A stretch of DNA of 62,786 nt, the filler included, from Octopus bimaculoides (Eukaryota), in assembly GCF_001194135.2 (NCBI RefSeq). It is 6 parts of 6 records of this genome, joined end to end, with 100 filler letters (N's around TTAATTAATTAA, not from the genome) between each part and the next. Parts side by side here need not be neighbours in the genome. Positions count along the whole stretch, not along the records: positions 46,543 to 53,094 come from NC_068982.1; positions 53,195 to 60,929 come from NC_069005.1; positions 61,030 to 62,786 come from NW_026439297.1; 3 more parts are not named here. One strand, given 5' to 3'. How positions within the stretch are numbered: position 1 is the first letter of the stretch; each line of letters begins with the position of its first letter. The notes under the pieces were generated by a model, which saw nothing but the letters and a program-made list of their open reading frames with translations, made no database searches and was not told where the DNA came from. Shown piece after piece: positions 51,051 to 62,052 of this stretch. The translations under genes and the position numbers were made by a program.

Positions 51051-52737
51051 TTTTCCGGTATGTATATGTTTGTGTGTCTGTGTTTGTCCCCACACCATCA
51101 CTTGTCAACCTATGTTGGTGTGTTTAAGTCCCCGTAACTTTGCACTTCGGCAAAATAGACCGATAGAATAAGAACTAGACTTACAAAGAATAAGTACTGG
51201 AATCGAATTCTTCGACTGAAGGCAGTACACCAGCATGGTTGCAATCAAATGACTGAAACAAGTAAAAGAAGAAAAGAAGAAAAAAAGAATATATATATAT
51301 ACACACACACATACCTACCTACATTCATGCATACATGCATGCATACATGCATACATGTATACATACATACATACATACAAACATATATACATACATACAC
51401 GCATGTATATATACATGTATCTGGTGGGTTTCTTTCAATTTCTCTCTACCAAATCTATTCACAAGGCTTTGGCTGGTTTTAAGCTATAGTAGGAGATACT
51501 TGCACAAGGTGGCTGTCAACGTCTGTGCATGTATCCGTGTTGGTGTGTTTGTAAATATGTAAATGTGTGTGTGTGTATATGTATATATATATATATATAT
51601 ACATTTCATGTTGTTTACGTGTTGTGACGTCCTGTACCCATATATGCATATATATATATGTGTGTGTGTGTGTGTATGTGTGTATGCATATATATATTTA
51701 AATTTATACTAATATACGATTAAACCCCACGCGTCAATTTCCAAGTAAGTTTATCTTAATAATTTTGATGCGACTCTACCCTGTACTGTTCTCTGTCTCC
51801 CCCTTTCGTTTTCTCACTCTTCCTTTCTCTAATTCTTTTTTCTCCCCTTCTCCTTTCGTTTTTTTTTTCTCTCATCCTTTCTCTAATTCTTTTTGTCCCC
51901 TTCACCGTTTTCTATCTGTCTTTCTCTCCCTCTTTCTCCTTTACTCTCTCGTTGTTCTCACGTGACCATCGTCCATCTTTCTTTTCCACATGTGATCATC
52001 TTTCTTTTCCTTCAGTCTGTCGTACAGACCAGATGCATTCTTATCTGTCTCCTCTTCTATCTTTTCTCTTGTCATAGACAATATTCCTCCAGTATTCGCT
52101 ACCTTACCTCGTCTGGCCTAACGGCCCTCCCGTTGGTTTTCGTTTCTTTTGTTGTATGTCTCCCTTGTCCTATTTTTGCTACCAACTTTGACCCTCCGCA
52201 AATCCCAAATTTCACTTCAGTTCGCAGGAGCAACTGCCTTTTGAAGTCTCATTGTCGTTAAATACTCGAAATGAGGAGTAGATGGACAGCCGACAACTGA
52301 TGAAGGGTCGTTCATTATGTTACTTGTCTTGTTTTCCATTTGATTCTCTCGTTGTTTGCATACCCAAGTTTGTCTTCGTATTTCATGTTGTTTTCGTATT
52401 TCATATTCTTTGCGTTTTGTGACGTCCTGTATACATATATATGTATATACTTTTTTATTTATATTATTTTGTGATTGAACGCCACGCATCCCTTTCCAAG
52501 TAAGTTTATCTTATATAGATACTGTTTGTATGTATGTATATATATACTGTATGTATGGTGCATTGGGGTTTTGACTCCTATTTCTATACAGGTTAGACGG
52601 TCAATGTGTCCTTTAGTTTAGTGCTAATTTTAAATTTATAGCTATTTGATGCTGTTTAATACCTGTAACCATCTATATTACTGTTGTTATTATCAATATA
52701 TTATATTTAACGCAGATAACATTAACAATAATAATGT

Positions 52738-53094
52738 TGTTGGCACTCCGTCGCTTACGACGTCGAGGGTTCCAGTTGATCCAATCAACGGAACAGCCTG
52801 CTCGTGAAATTAACGTGCAAGTGGCTGAACACTCCACAGACACGTGTACTCTTAACGTAGTTCTCGGGGATATTCAGCGTGACACAGTGTGACAAGGCTT
52901 CCCCTTTGAATTACAGGCACAACAGAAACAGGAAGTAAGAGTGAGAGAAAGTTGTGGTGAAAGAGTACACCAGGGTTCGCCACCATCCCCTGCCGGAGCC
53001 TCGTGGAGCTTTAGGTATTTTCGCTCAATAAACACTTACAACGCCCGGTCTGGGAATCGAAACCACGATCCCATGACCGTGAGTCCGCTGCCCT
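52738..53094 (-). mobile_element. tRNA-headed SINE family E (second copy at about 31590-31862, -)
   Basis: Shared body aacagcctgctcgtgaaattaacgtgcaagtggctga..cagcgtgacacag..tgacaaggct. Heads rc: gtggtttcgattcccagacc (53 kb) and tggcttagtggttagg..gagttcaattccc (31.8 kb). Confidence 0.75.
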
Positions 53095-53194
53095 NNNNNN
53101 NNNNNNNNNNNNNNNNNNNNNNNNNNNNNNNNNNNNNNTTAATTAATTAANNNNNNNNNNNNNNNNNNNNNNNNNNNNNNNNNNNNNNNNNNNN

Positions 53195-53260
<66 letters not shown>

Positions 53261-53396
53261 CATTATTATTATCATCATCATTATCATCATCATCATCATC
53301 ATCATCATTATTATTATTATTGTGTGTGTATGTGTGTGTGCGTGTGTGCATAAATATTTATCTTTCTATATATTGTATATCATTTGTGTTTTCCAG

Positions 53397-53488
53397 GAAT
53401 TCTTTGAACAGTTCGGTTATCTTCCGGAAAGAACAGGGAAGGATCGTACTCAAGAGGTACCTCCTGAAAGACTCGAGAAGGCAATTAG
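53397..53488 (+). CDS. Matrix metalloproteinase (M10A) prodomain exon 1 of 5 visible
   Basis: EFFEQFGYLPERTGKDRTQEVPPERLEKAI(S), the typical xFGYL prodomain start. Splice sites gtgttttccAG and AG|GTAACG; phase 2 fits the next exon. Confidence 0.85.
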
Positions 53489-54464
53489 GTAACGTGNNNN
53501 NNNNNNNNNNNNNNNNNNNNNNNNNNNNNNNNNNNNNNNNNNNNNNNNNNNNNNNNNNNNNNNNNNNNNNNNNNNNNNNNNNNNNNNNNNNNNNNNNNNN
53601 NNNNNNNNNNNNNNNNNNNNNNNNNNNNNNNNNNNNNNNNNNNNNNNNNNNNNNNNNNNNNNNNNNNNNNNNNNNNNNNNNNNNNNNNNNNNNNNNNNNN
53701 NNNNNNNNNNNNNNNNNNNNNNNNNNNNNNNNNNNNNNNNNNNNNNNNNNNNNNNNNNNNNNNNNNNNNNNNNNNNNNNNNNNNNNNNNNNNNNNNNNNN
53801 NNNNNNNNNNNNNNNNNNNNNNNNNNNNNNNNNNNNNNNNNNNNNNNNNNNNNNNNNNNNNNNNNNNNNNNNNNNNNNNNNNNNNNNNNNNNNNNNNNNN
53901 NNNNNNNNNNNNNNNNNNNNNNNNNNNNNNNNNNNNNNNNNNNNNNNNNNNNNNNNNNNNNNNNNNNNNNNNNNNNNNNNNNNNNNNNNNNNNNNNNNNN
54001 NNNNNNNNNNNNNNNNNNNNNNNNNNNNNNNNNNNNNNNNNNNNNNNNNNNNNNNNNNNNNNNNNNNNNNNNNNNNNNNNNNNNNNNNNNNNNNNNNNNN
54101 NNNNNNNNNNNNNNNNNNNNNNNNNNNNNNNNNNNNNNNNNNNNNNNNNNNNNNNNNNNNNNNNNNNNNNNNNNNNNNNNNNNNNNNNNNNNNNNNNNNN
54201 NNNNNNNNNNNNNNNNNNNNNNNNNNNNNNNNNNNNNNNNNNNNNNNNNNNNNNNNNNNNNNNNNNNNNNNNNNNNNNNNNNNNNNNNNNNNNNNNNNNN
54301 NNNNNNNNNNNNNNNGACCGACGCCTGCATAGAGGGACTGAACTCAAAACCACTTACTTTACAAGGCGAACTTCTTAAACCTACAACTAGAACCAATCAA
54401 CCAATCAATGATGCGAAATAAGTCATCATTAGAGTTTCGTGCCCAGCGTTTCTCGAGGTGCATA

Positions 54465-54838
54465 GGCGTGGCTGTGTGGTAAGCAGTTTGCTTCCCAACT
54501 ACAAGGTCGCTGGTTCAGTCCTACTGTGTGTCATCTTGAGCAAGTGTCTTCTAATATAGCCTTGGGCCGACCAAAGTTCTGTGAGTGGATTTGGTAGGCG
54601 GAAACTGAAAGAAGCCCATCGTATGTGTGTATGTGTCTTTGTGTCTGTGTTTTTCCCCCACTACCGCTTGTTCCCCACCGCTGCTTAACCCCCACAACCG
54701 CTTGACAACCGGTGTGGGTATGTCTACATCTCCGCAACTTAGCGGTTCGGCGAAGGTACTAATAGAATAAGTACCAGGCTTTAAAATAAATGTTGTGAGG
54801 GGTCGATTCGTTTAACAAAAATTCTTCGAAGCGGCACC
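54465..54838 (+). mobile_element. Composite SINE family B (other head+tail copy at 11990-12700, across a gap)
   Basis: gcgtggctgtgtggtaagcagtttgcttcccaac..ggttcagtcc..gtgagtggatttggtaggcggaaactgaaagaagccc, then a TG linker, then ..aacttagcggttcggc..aatagaataagtaccaggct. Confidence 0.85.
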
Positions 54839-55232
54839 ACCCCGGGCACCTGCATCACAATCACATGTGCATGACAAGGTGATTTCATATCAAGATAAAC
54901 AGCGCATGACCTTGCAGGTGGGGCCCAGTTAGAATTTTCTTCAGGTCGAGAGCCCATCTACTCAAAAGGTTCCTGAATAAGGTTTGTTTAAGGATGATGA
55001 ACGAAACACCCAACTTTCCAGAGGTGATTCATTCAAACCCCAAATAATTCCTCTCAACACATGGCTATGATGCTCCCCTACTACTCCTATTCATGATCAG
55101 AAATGTACATATCGTCAGCTACTAAGAGACATGTTCAAGTGGTAAAGGTCAAGCAACTGACAAGCATAATATTGTGAGCCCGACGCTCTAACCACTGAGC
55201 CACGCAACTTCACTATTATTATTATTATTATT

Positions 55233-55690
55233 TTATGTTTGACTTTTGTTTTGCATTTGTACAAGTTGGATCCAAGTCTCACCCAGAGACCTCAAGAGAC
55301 AACAAGTTAGAAGTTCATGTAGGTGTTATGCCTAGGGTACCATATATTTGGATTTGTACAGTTTTGTTCAAGTGAATGTTTAAGAAACCATAAGAAAATT
55401 ATGTGTTTGTTTTAAAATTTGCGATCACATAGACAGAATTTTACGTAGGATATGGGCAGTTCCCATGAGCACTATCTTTTGAACTTCAGCCATTTTGGGG
55501 TTTCCTAGTATCTGAGCTAGGTAGTAATCAGCCCGTTTTGGGGTTTCCTGGTATCTGAGCTAGGTAGTAATCAGCCCGTTTCGCTGTCATTCCCAGGGCA
55601 CCTATGACAATAGGTATTGTTTTCGTCTTCAGATTCCACATTTTTCTAATTTCTATTTCAAGATCTTTATATTTGCTCAGTATCATTTTT
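55233..55690 (-). mobile_element. Second R4/Dong-like 3' fragment
   Basis: LSKYKDLEIEIRKMWNLKTKTIPIVIGALGM, with a 3' UTR closely similar to 58990-59230 (ccaagtctcacccagagacctcaagagacaacaagttag). (ATT)n on both sides. Confidence 0.88.
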
Positions 55691-55747
55691 ATTATTATTA
55701 TTATCATCATTATTATTACTTATTGCAACCCTTTTTTTTTTTTGCAG

Positions 55748-55872
55748 TAAGTTCCAGGAATTCAATGGCCTGAAAGTTACCGGAATTTTAGATGATATGA
55801 CTAAACAAAAGATGTTCAAGCCACGATGTGGTGTGAAAGACTTCTCTGCTGAAGGAGCTGCTTACAGAAAAA
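55748..55872 (+). CDS. MMP prodomain exon with cysteine switch
   Basis: (S)KFQEFNGLKVTGILDDMTKQKMFKPRCGVKDFSAEGAAYRK, containing the PRCGxxD cysteine switch. Acceptor poly-T-gcAG, donor AAA|GTATTT. Confidence 0.93.
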
Positions 55873-56503
55873 GTATTTAATACTACTTTCCTTCATTTTG
55901 CCTCGTTGTTCTACCTTTTTTTTTTGCTTTGTTTTTCATTAGTTTTGTTATTAGCTTTGTTATTTAGATTTTGTTTTGTTTTGTTTTTGTTTTTTGCTGT
56001 TTTGTTTTGTTATAAAACTTAGAAAACCTCAAGTCTGATTTTGACGGACAGAGGTCAGTTGTAAATCATACGGGTATGACTTTAATCTGCATCCGGTAGT
56101 GGTGGCCCTACCGGTAGAGTCTGCATCCGGTAGAGTGCATAATCACTCCATTAACTGTAGAAAAGGGGATCCCAAGGTTTTCTGCGATCTTACGCTGTGT
56201 CCACCTTCAGAATGACCCCACAATACGGCTTCTTTGAAAGCTCCGACAGATCCAAGGCTTCTTTTGTACATGGCATGATTAAACAGTCACATATAGAACC
56301 TGAGACATAAAAATGTCAATTAATCCAAAATATAAACCTTTACAAGTTAGAATAAACATAAAACGAGGTTTTACTTTGTCATGTTTGTGTATATACGTGG
56401 TTATTTGACTGGGGACTGCTGCTACTGCTGCTGCTCATATTTTCTTATCAAGTTTATATAAACACACACAGCCACCTTATAACTTGTTTTGTTTGCATTT
56501 CAG

Positions 56504-56585
56504 TTACAAAATGGAAGAAAAATGATTTGACATGGAGTGTGAGGGATTTCAGCAGAACATCAAGACTGAGTCGTACTGAACAACT
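56504..56585 (+). CDS. MMP catalytic-domain N-terminal exon
   Basis: (I)TKWKKNDLTWSVRDFSRTSRLSRTEQ(L), matching the KWxxxxLTW/Y motif. Splice sites gcatttcAG and CT|GTAAGC; phases 1 and 2 are consistent. Confidence 0.9.
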
Positions 56586-57007
56586 GTAAGCAACACTTTA
56601 TTTATTGTATGTGTGTGTGTGTTTTTTGTTGATGTTGTTGTTGTGGTTATTGCTATTGTTGTTATTGCTTTTATATTATAACCCCATCAAGATTGGTAGA
56701 TTTGACTGATACCAAATATTTTATTACACTTATTACAGTAACTAGATGTATCCTTCATGCTCTGAGTTCAATTCCCAACAGGTCATTCTTCGTGTTTAAC
56801 CTTCTTACAGCCGACACTTTAACTCTGATCTTCCTGTGACTGATGGCACTCACTCCAAGCATTTTAATGGAATTAATTCTCTGAACAACCAACAGCTTTT
56901 CTTCTTTTTTTCCCTCATAAAAGTACAATTAATCTTGTACCTAATCGAATGAAATCGATATCTTTTAACATACACCACCGTCTATCACGTTTCTCTTTTC
57001 TTCACAG

Positions 57008-57144
57008 AAATGCGATCAGAAAGGCCTTTAACCATTGGTCAAGCGTCACCCCATTAACTTTCCGAGAAGTCCCGCATGGAGGCGATATCGTTATCAGGTT
57101 TGCTGCAGGAAACCACGGCGATGGAAATAGTTTTGATGGACCTG
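57008..57144 (+). CDS. MMP catalytic-domain exon
   Basis: (L)[45 protein letters not shown](G), containing the structural-zinc HGD..FDG motif. Splice sites tcttcacAG and CTG|GTAAGT. Confidence 0.95.
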
Positions 57145-57522
57145 GTAAGTTCCCAAGATTTCCTCATCCATTCCGTCAAATCGTTGAAATAGCAGCCAAA
57201 TTTCACTCGAATCGTAGTCCAACCACCTCGCAGTCTTAAACAATGTAAAAAACCACATCAGGTAATGCACACCCGGATATACTAGGCCTCAAAGAAAAAA
57301 AAAGGCATGGTCACGGTTGGAACACAATTAGGCGTTGATATGTAGCTACAACAATAACACCAACAACAGCAAATATTGCTTCCATAAACCAACAAGAGAG
57401 GGTCCTTACAGACGATAGAGCTCCTAGAAGTAGCAGCTAAACCGCGCTCAAAACACATACTATTGTCTGTCTATGTATGTATATATGTATGTATAAGAAG
57501 ACAATAGACCAGAGCCGTTTTA

Positions 57523-57728
57523 TTAGGTTGGTCCATAATTATTGCGGCTTTCTTTCTATAAATTTTATTCAACAAAAACAATAACAACATTTAACAAAAA
57601 CATCTTTACATGATTATTCCGGAGCATATTCACCATCTACTTCAATATCTGCTTGGCGTTTTGTTTAAATTTTTTGTTGTATAAAATTTATTGAAAAAAA
57701 AAGCCGCAATAATTATGCACCAACCTAA
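57523..57728. mobile_element. Mariner MITE / internally deleted mariner (206 bp)
   Basis: TIRs TTAGGTTGGT(C/G)CATAATTATTGCGGCTTT (about 29 bp, one mismatch), with TA on both flanks (57521-22, 57729-30). The internal minus strand encodes ..DIEVDGEYAPE*, like a mariner transposase C-terminus. Confidence 0.9.
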
Positions 57729-58375
57729 TAATTCATGAGCACACTGGGAAGTACCCAGGGGGGGGCACATGGGTCTAGGATCCCCATGGGTCTAGGGGCC
57801 CAATTCTAACCTATGTAATAAATCGATACTATAAGACCCAGCCCATTGATTTTCCCAGGGGCGAACAATGCAGCTAAGGTGGCTCTGAAATACGCACGCA
57901 CACATATATACACGAATGCGTCCTTGTGTTTGTCTCTCCGCCACTTGACAAACGTCTCCAGTTACCTTAGCAATTCGACAAAAAGAGACCGATTGAACAA
58001 GTAGTGAAGTTTAAAAAGCATAAGTAGTGAGGTCGATTGGATTGACTAAACCCTTTTCAAGAGTATGACCCCAGCATAGCCGCAGTCCAGTGGCTGAAAT
58101 AAGCAAAAGAATAAAAGGATACGAATTTGTCTGATCCATAGGTTGCGAGTTCGAAACAAGTAGAGCTTTTGATAACAGTAGCGCAACAAGAGATCTCAAC
58201 GTACAGACGTGGTGGCGGAGACGGGGGAACATTTAGGAGGAAAAAGGATAATTAAATCGGCACATCCCCACCGTGTTAATTAACATACGTAATGAGCAAG
58301 TGAAAATGAGCAAGTGGAAATTTAATACCTGCTCACCTCTTATTGTTTTTCGTTTCAGTCCACAGACATTTTGTG

Positions 58376-58596
58376 TACGAGGGGATGCTGAGAAGTTCCT
58401 GGCTTTGAGTAAAAGCAAATACAGGAAGATCAGTTAATTAGGATTTTATTCAACATATTCCCCTCTCAGATTCACACACATATTGCACCAGTCTTTTAGT
58501 TTTTCTAAGCCCTGTAAAAGGACTTGGAAGGTTGAGCCTCCAACCAGGCTTTTCGCGGTATTTTTAAAGCCAGGAATTTTTCAGTACACCTTCGTA
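58376..58596. mobile_element. Second Tc1/mariner-type MITE (221 bp including terminal TA)
   Basis: Left end TACGAGGGGATGCTGAGAAGTTCCTGGCTTT; right end rc TACGAAGGTGTACTGAAAAATTCCTGGCTTT. These form imperfect 31-bp inverted ends beginning TA-CGA. Confidence 0.8.
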
Positions 58597-58647
58597 ATGG
58601 CAAAAATATGTAGAAACGCATCACGTGTCTAATTTCTTTATTTTTAG

Positions 58648-58893
58648 GTAGCGTTCTTGCGCATGCGTTCTTTCCAAGTAATGGTGACACCCATTTCGAT
58701 GACGCAGAAAAATGGACTCTAAGAACAAACGATGGCATCAATTTGGAAATCGTCGCTGCTCACGAATTTGGACACGCTCTCGGTTTGGCACATTCTCAGG
58801 TGCAATCGGCTCTGATGGCCCCTTATTATAGGGGATATATTCCCAACTTCAAGCTAGACAACGATGACATCAGAGGAATCCAAAGTTTGTACG
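58648..58893 (+). CDS. MMP active-site exon (HExxHxxGxxH + Met-turn)
   Basis: (G)[81 protein letters not shown](G). Splice sites tatttttAG and ACG|GTAAGT. Confidence 0.97.
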
Positions 58894-58905
58894 GTAAGTT
58901 TATTT

Positions 58906-58970
<65 letters not shown>

Positions 58971-58989
58971 GTCGTTGTCGTTGTTGTTG

Positions 58990-60545
58990 TTATGTTTGAC
59001 TTTTGCTTTGTATTTGTATAAGCTGACTCCAAGTCTCACCCAGAGACCTCAAGAGACAACAAGTTAGCAGTTCAAGTTGGTGTTACGCTTAGGGTGTCAT
59101 ATATTTGGTTTTGCACACAGTATCGTTGTAGAGATAAGAAAGTTATAAGTTTGTTTAAAAATTTGAGATTACATTTTACGTAGGAAATGGGCAGTTTTCA
59201 TGAGCACTATCTTTTAAATTTCTGCCATTTTGGGGTTTCCTGGTATCTGAACTAGCTAGGCATCAGCCCTTTTTGCTATCATTCCTAGGGCACCTATGAC
59301 AACAGGTATTGTTTTAGTCTTGAGGTTACACATTTTGTCAATTTCTATTTCAAGATCTTTATACTTACTCAGTTTTTGGTAGGTCTTAACAGATATATTT
59401 ATGTCCATTGGGACAGTCATATCAATGAGGAGGCTTGATTTTTGTCTGAAGTCCTTCAATATAATATCTGGCCTATTCGCATCTATCTTTCTGTCAGTTT
59501 GAATGGTGAAGTTCCAGAGGAGTGAAATGTGATCATTTTCAAGCACTGGAGGTGGTTTGTGTTACCACCAGTTTTTATCATGGGGCAAGTCCAGGTTTTT
59601 GCAAATTACCCAGTGAATATACTGTGCTGCTCTATCATGCCTGTTGAGATGCTCGGTAGGTGTAAGAAGACTGCATATGGAGACAGGAGACAACACGATC
59701 AATGGTTTCATTTTGTGGTTTATATACACGACATGTTGGGCTACTGCCGTTCTTTAATATGTTGGCAGGTAGCTCCTTGTAGGTAGGTATTTATCTTGGA
59801 CTGCTATGATAAACCCTTCTGTTTCTGATTTTAAGCCAGAAAACACTAACCATTGATGGGTCAGGTCTTTGTTAACATCGGCATTATTAGCGCTCTTTGG
59901 GTACTTGCCATTGAGAGGTTTTTCTTGCCATTTATCGGTAAAAATATCTAAGGCAGCAGTTTAGCACGGCTTAGCTTTTTCTGTGCTTGTTTCCAATTAC
60001 GTCTAATTCTGGAATTTGTTGTATTTGGAATTCACTCAGATATTCCTCTGCCTGTTTTGTTACTGAGCATAATGCTTTCTTGTTTTCGTGCTTTAAGACA
60101 AGCCTTAACATCCATTCATCAGAGTTTTTCAGGTAGGTGTTTAGGCGAGTTGTGCCAATCTTCATTGTTAATTCCAGTTGTAAAAGTCCACAGCCACCCT
60201 CTTTTCTTGGCTGGTAAAGTTGTTCTATGTCTACCTTAGGTGGGGTGCATTCTATGCATTGTCAGCAATTTTCGTATTTTTCTGTCAAGGTTACATATTT
60301 CAGTAATTGACCACTTAATGATATTGGGACTGAAAGTCACGACCACTATGTCTAAAGTATTGATCGCTTCGATTCCGCTTCTTGTATTTACCTCTGTCTT
60401 GAGTATTGCTCTTACTCTGCGATAACATCCTCTTCTTATCCTTTCCTTCATCATTGAATGTTTGATTCCATCACCTTCAAATATCCCTAACTGCTTTATA
60501 ACATTCTGCTGGTCATGATTAACGTTAGATGTTTCTGTCATTTTT
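58990..60545 (-). mobile_element. R4/Dong-like non-LTR retrotransposon (RLE type), 5'-truncated and frameshifted
   Basis: Minus-strand peptides QLGIFEGDGIKHSMMKERIRR..RVRAILKTEVN..DRKIRKLLTMHRMH (RT C-terminus) and LLWNFTIQTDRKIDANRPDIILKD..LLIDMTVP..KLSKYKDLEIEI..IPVVIGALGMI (PD-(D/E)xK restriction-like endonuclease). The 3' end abuts (AAC)n/(AAT)n. Confidence 0.88.
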
Positions 60546-60651
60546 CTTTTGATAAAGGTAACTTTTACTCATTTATCGAGGCCAATGTAATCGATTGGAC
60601 ACCTCCCATCAAATTTCAGGCCTTTACTAGAAGGGATTATTATTATTATTA

Positions 60652-60719
<68 letters not shown>

Positions 60720-61029
60720 GAGTGAGAGAGCAGTGCATGCCATCAAGGTGACACTGGGGTAAAATATACGAAGCCCATTATACCCATCATGATTACCCAT
60801 CTGATAAGGGTACACCAGGCACATGCATCACAACCATATGTGCGCGACATGGTGACCTCATATCAAGATAAACAGCGCATGACCTCGCAGGTGGGGCCCA
60901 GTTAGAATTTTCTTCAGGTCGAGTAGCCCNNNNNNNNNNNNNNNNNNNNNNNNNNNNNNNNNNNNNNNNNNNNTTAATTAATTAANNNNNNNNNNNNNNN
61001 NNNNNNNNNNNNNNNNNNNNNNNNNNNNN

Positions 61030-61072
<43 letters not shown>

Positions 61073-61981
61073 TTACTGTGGGCAATTTATAATGATGGCC
61101 ACTGCTCTTAAGTATCAATAGAAAAATATTGACTCTTCTCAGGGAAAATAGAAAAGTAAAAATTAAAATTCCTAGTCATCAACAATGAAGTTTTCGAATG
61201 AAAGATTAGAAAGCCAACATACTTTTAATAAATCATAAACGCATTCTCCTGTTGGTCATATAGTAGAAAATATTTATCGTTTCTTTATTATTTACAGGGA
61301 TGTTTATTTTATTTTATTTTATTTTTGCTTATTTTTGTTTTATTTCGCTCAGTGTTAAGCAATTTGAATCATGGAGTCTTTCTCCTCTCCACGCGCGGGC
61401 GTCGCAGCTTGTACATAAATAATTTCGACTTTGAAAAATGGCTGGCTGCTGTATCGTTGCCGTTGCATAATCCATGCAAGCGTTGCGTAAATTTCAAGTA
61501 GCTCACAGATAATTAGAAAGACAAGATAGCTATCTTTCCTTTCGATACAGTTCAGAATGGATCTCAGGTCTATTTTCTGGCCGAGTGTATAAGAGAATCA
61601 ACGTGAAAGTGTATCAGTTTTTTTTTTTGTTCGTTTTGCTGTTGTAAATTTTTGTCACCCTCTTCTCCAAAACCAAGAATCTTGTAATTCGTATTTAGAT
61701 TTCGGACTTTGCCCCCTTGTTACCAGTTTCCCATATAATTTCAAAGTGTGGTTGCTTAATTAAATCCTGGAGCGGCTTTAGGATTCATCCTGTCTTGTGA
61801 CGACCAATTGATTCGACAAAAAAAAAAAAATCTACAGAGATTGGGAACGAAAAACCAAATAGAATTAAATAGAAACAATTTCTTTCAGCTGGCTTCAAGC
61901 ATCTGTCAAATATGAAGAAACCTTTTTATGAAATTTCCTTGCTTTTATCGTGCCCATCTTTAACTTAAAATTTCCTCAATT

Positions 61982-62052
<71 letters not shown>

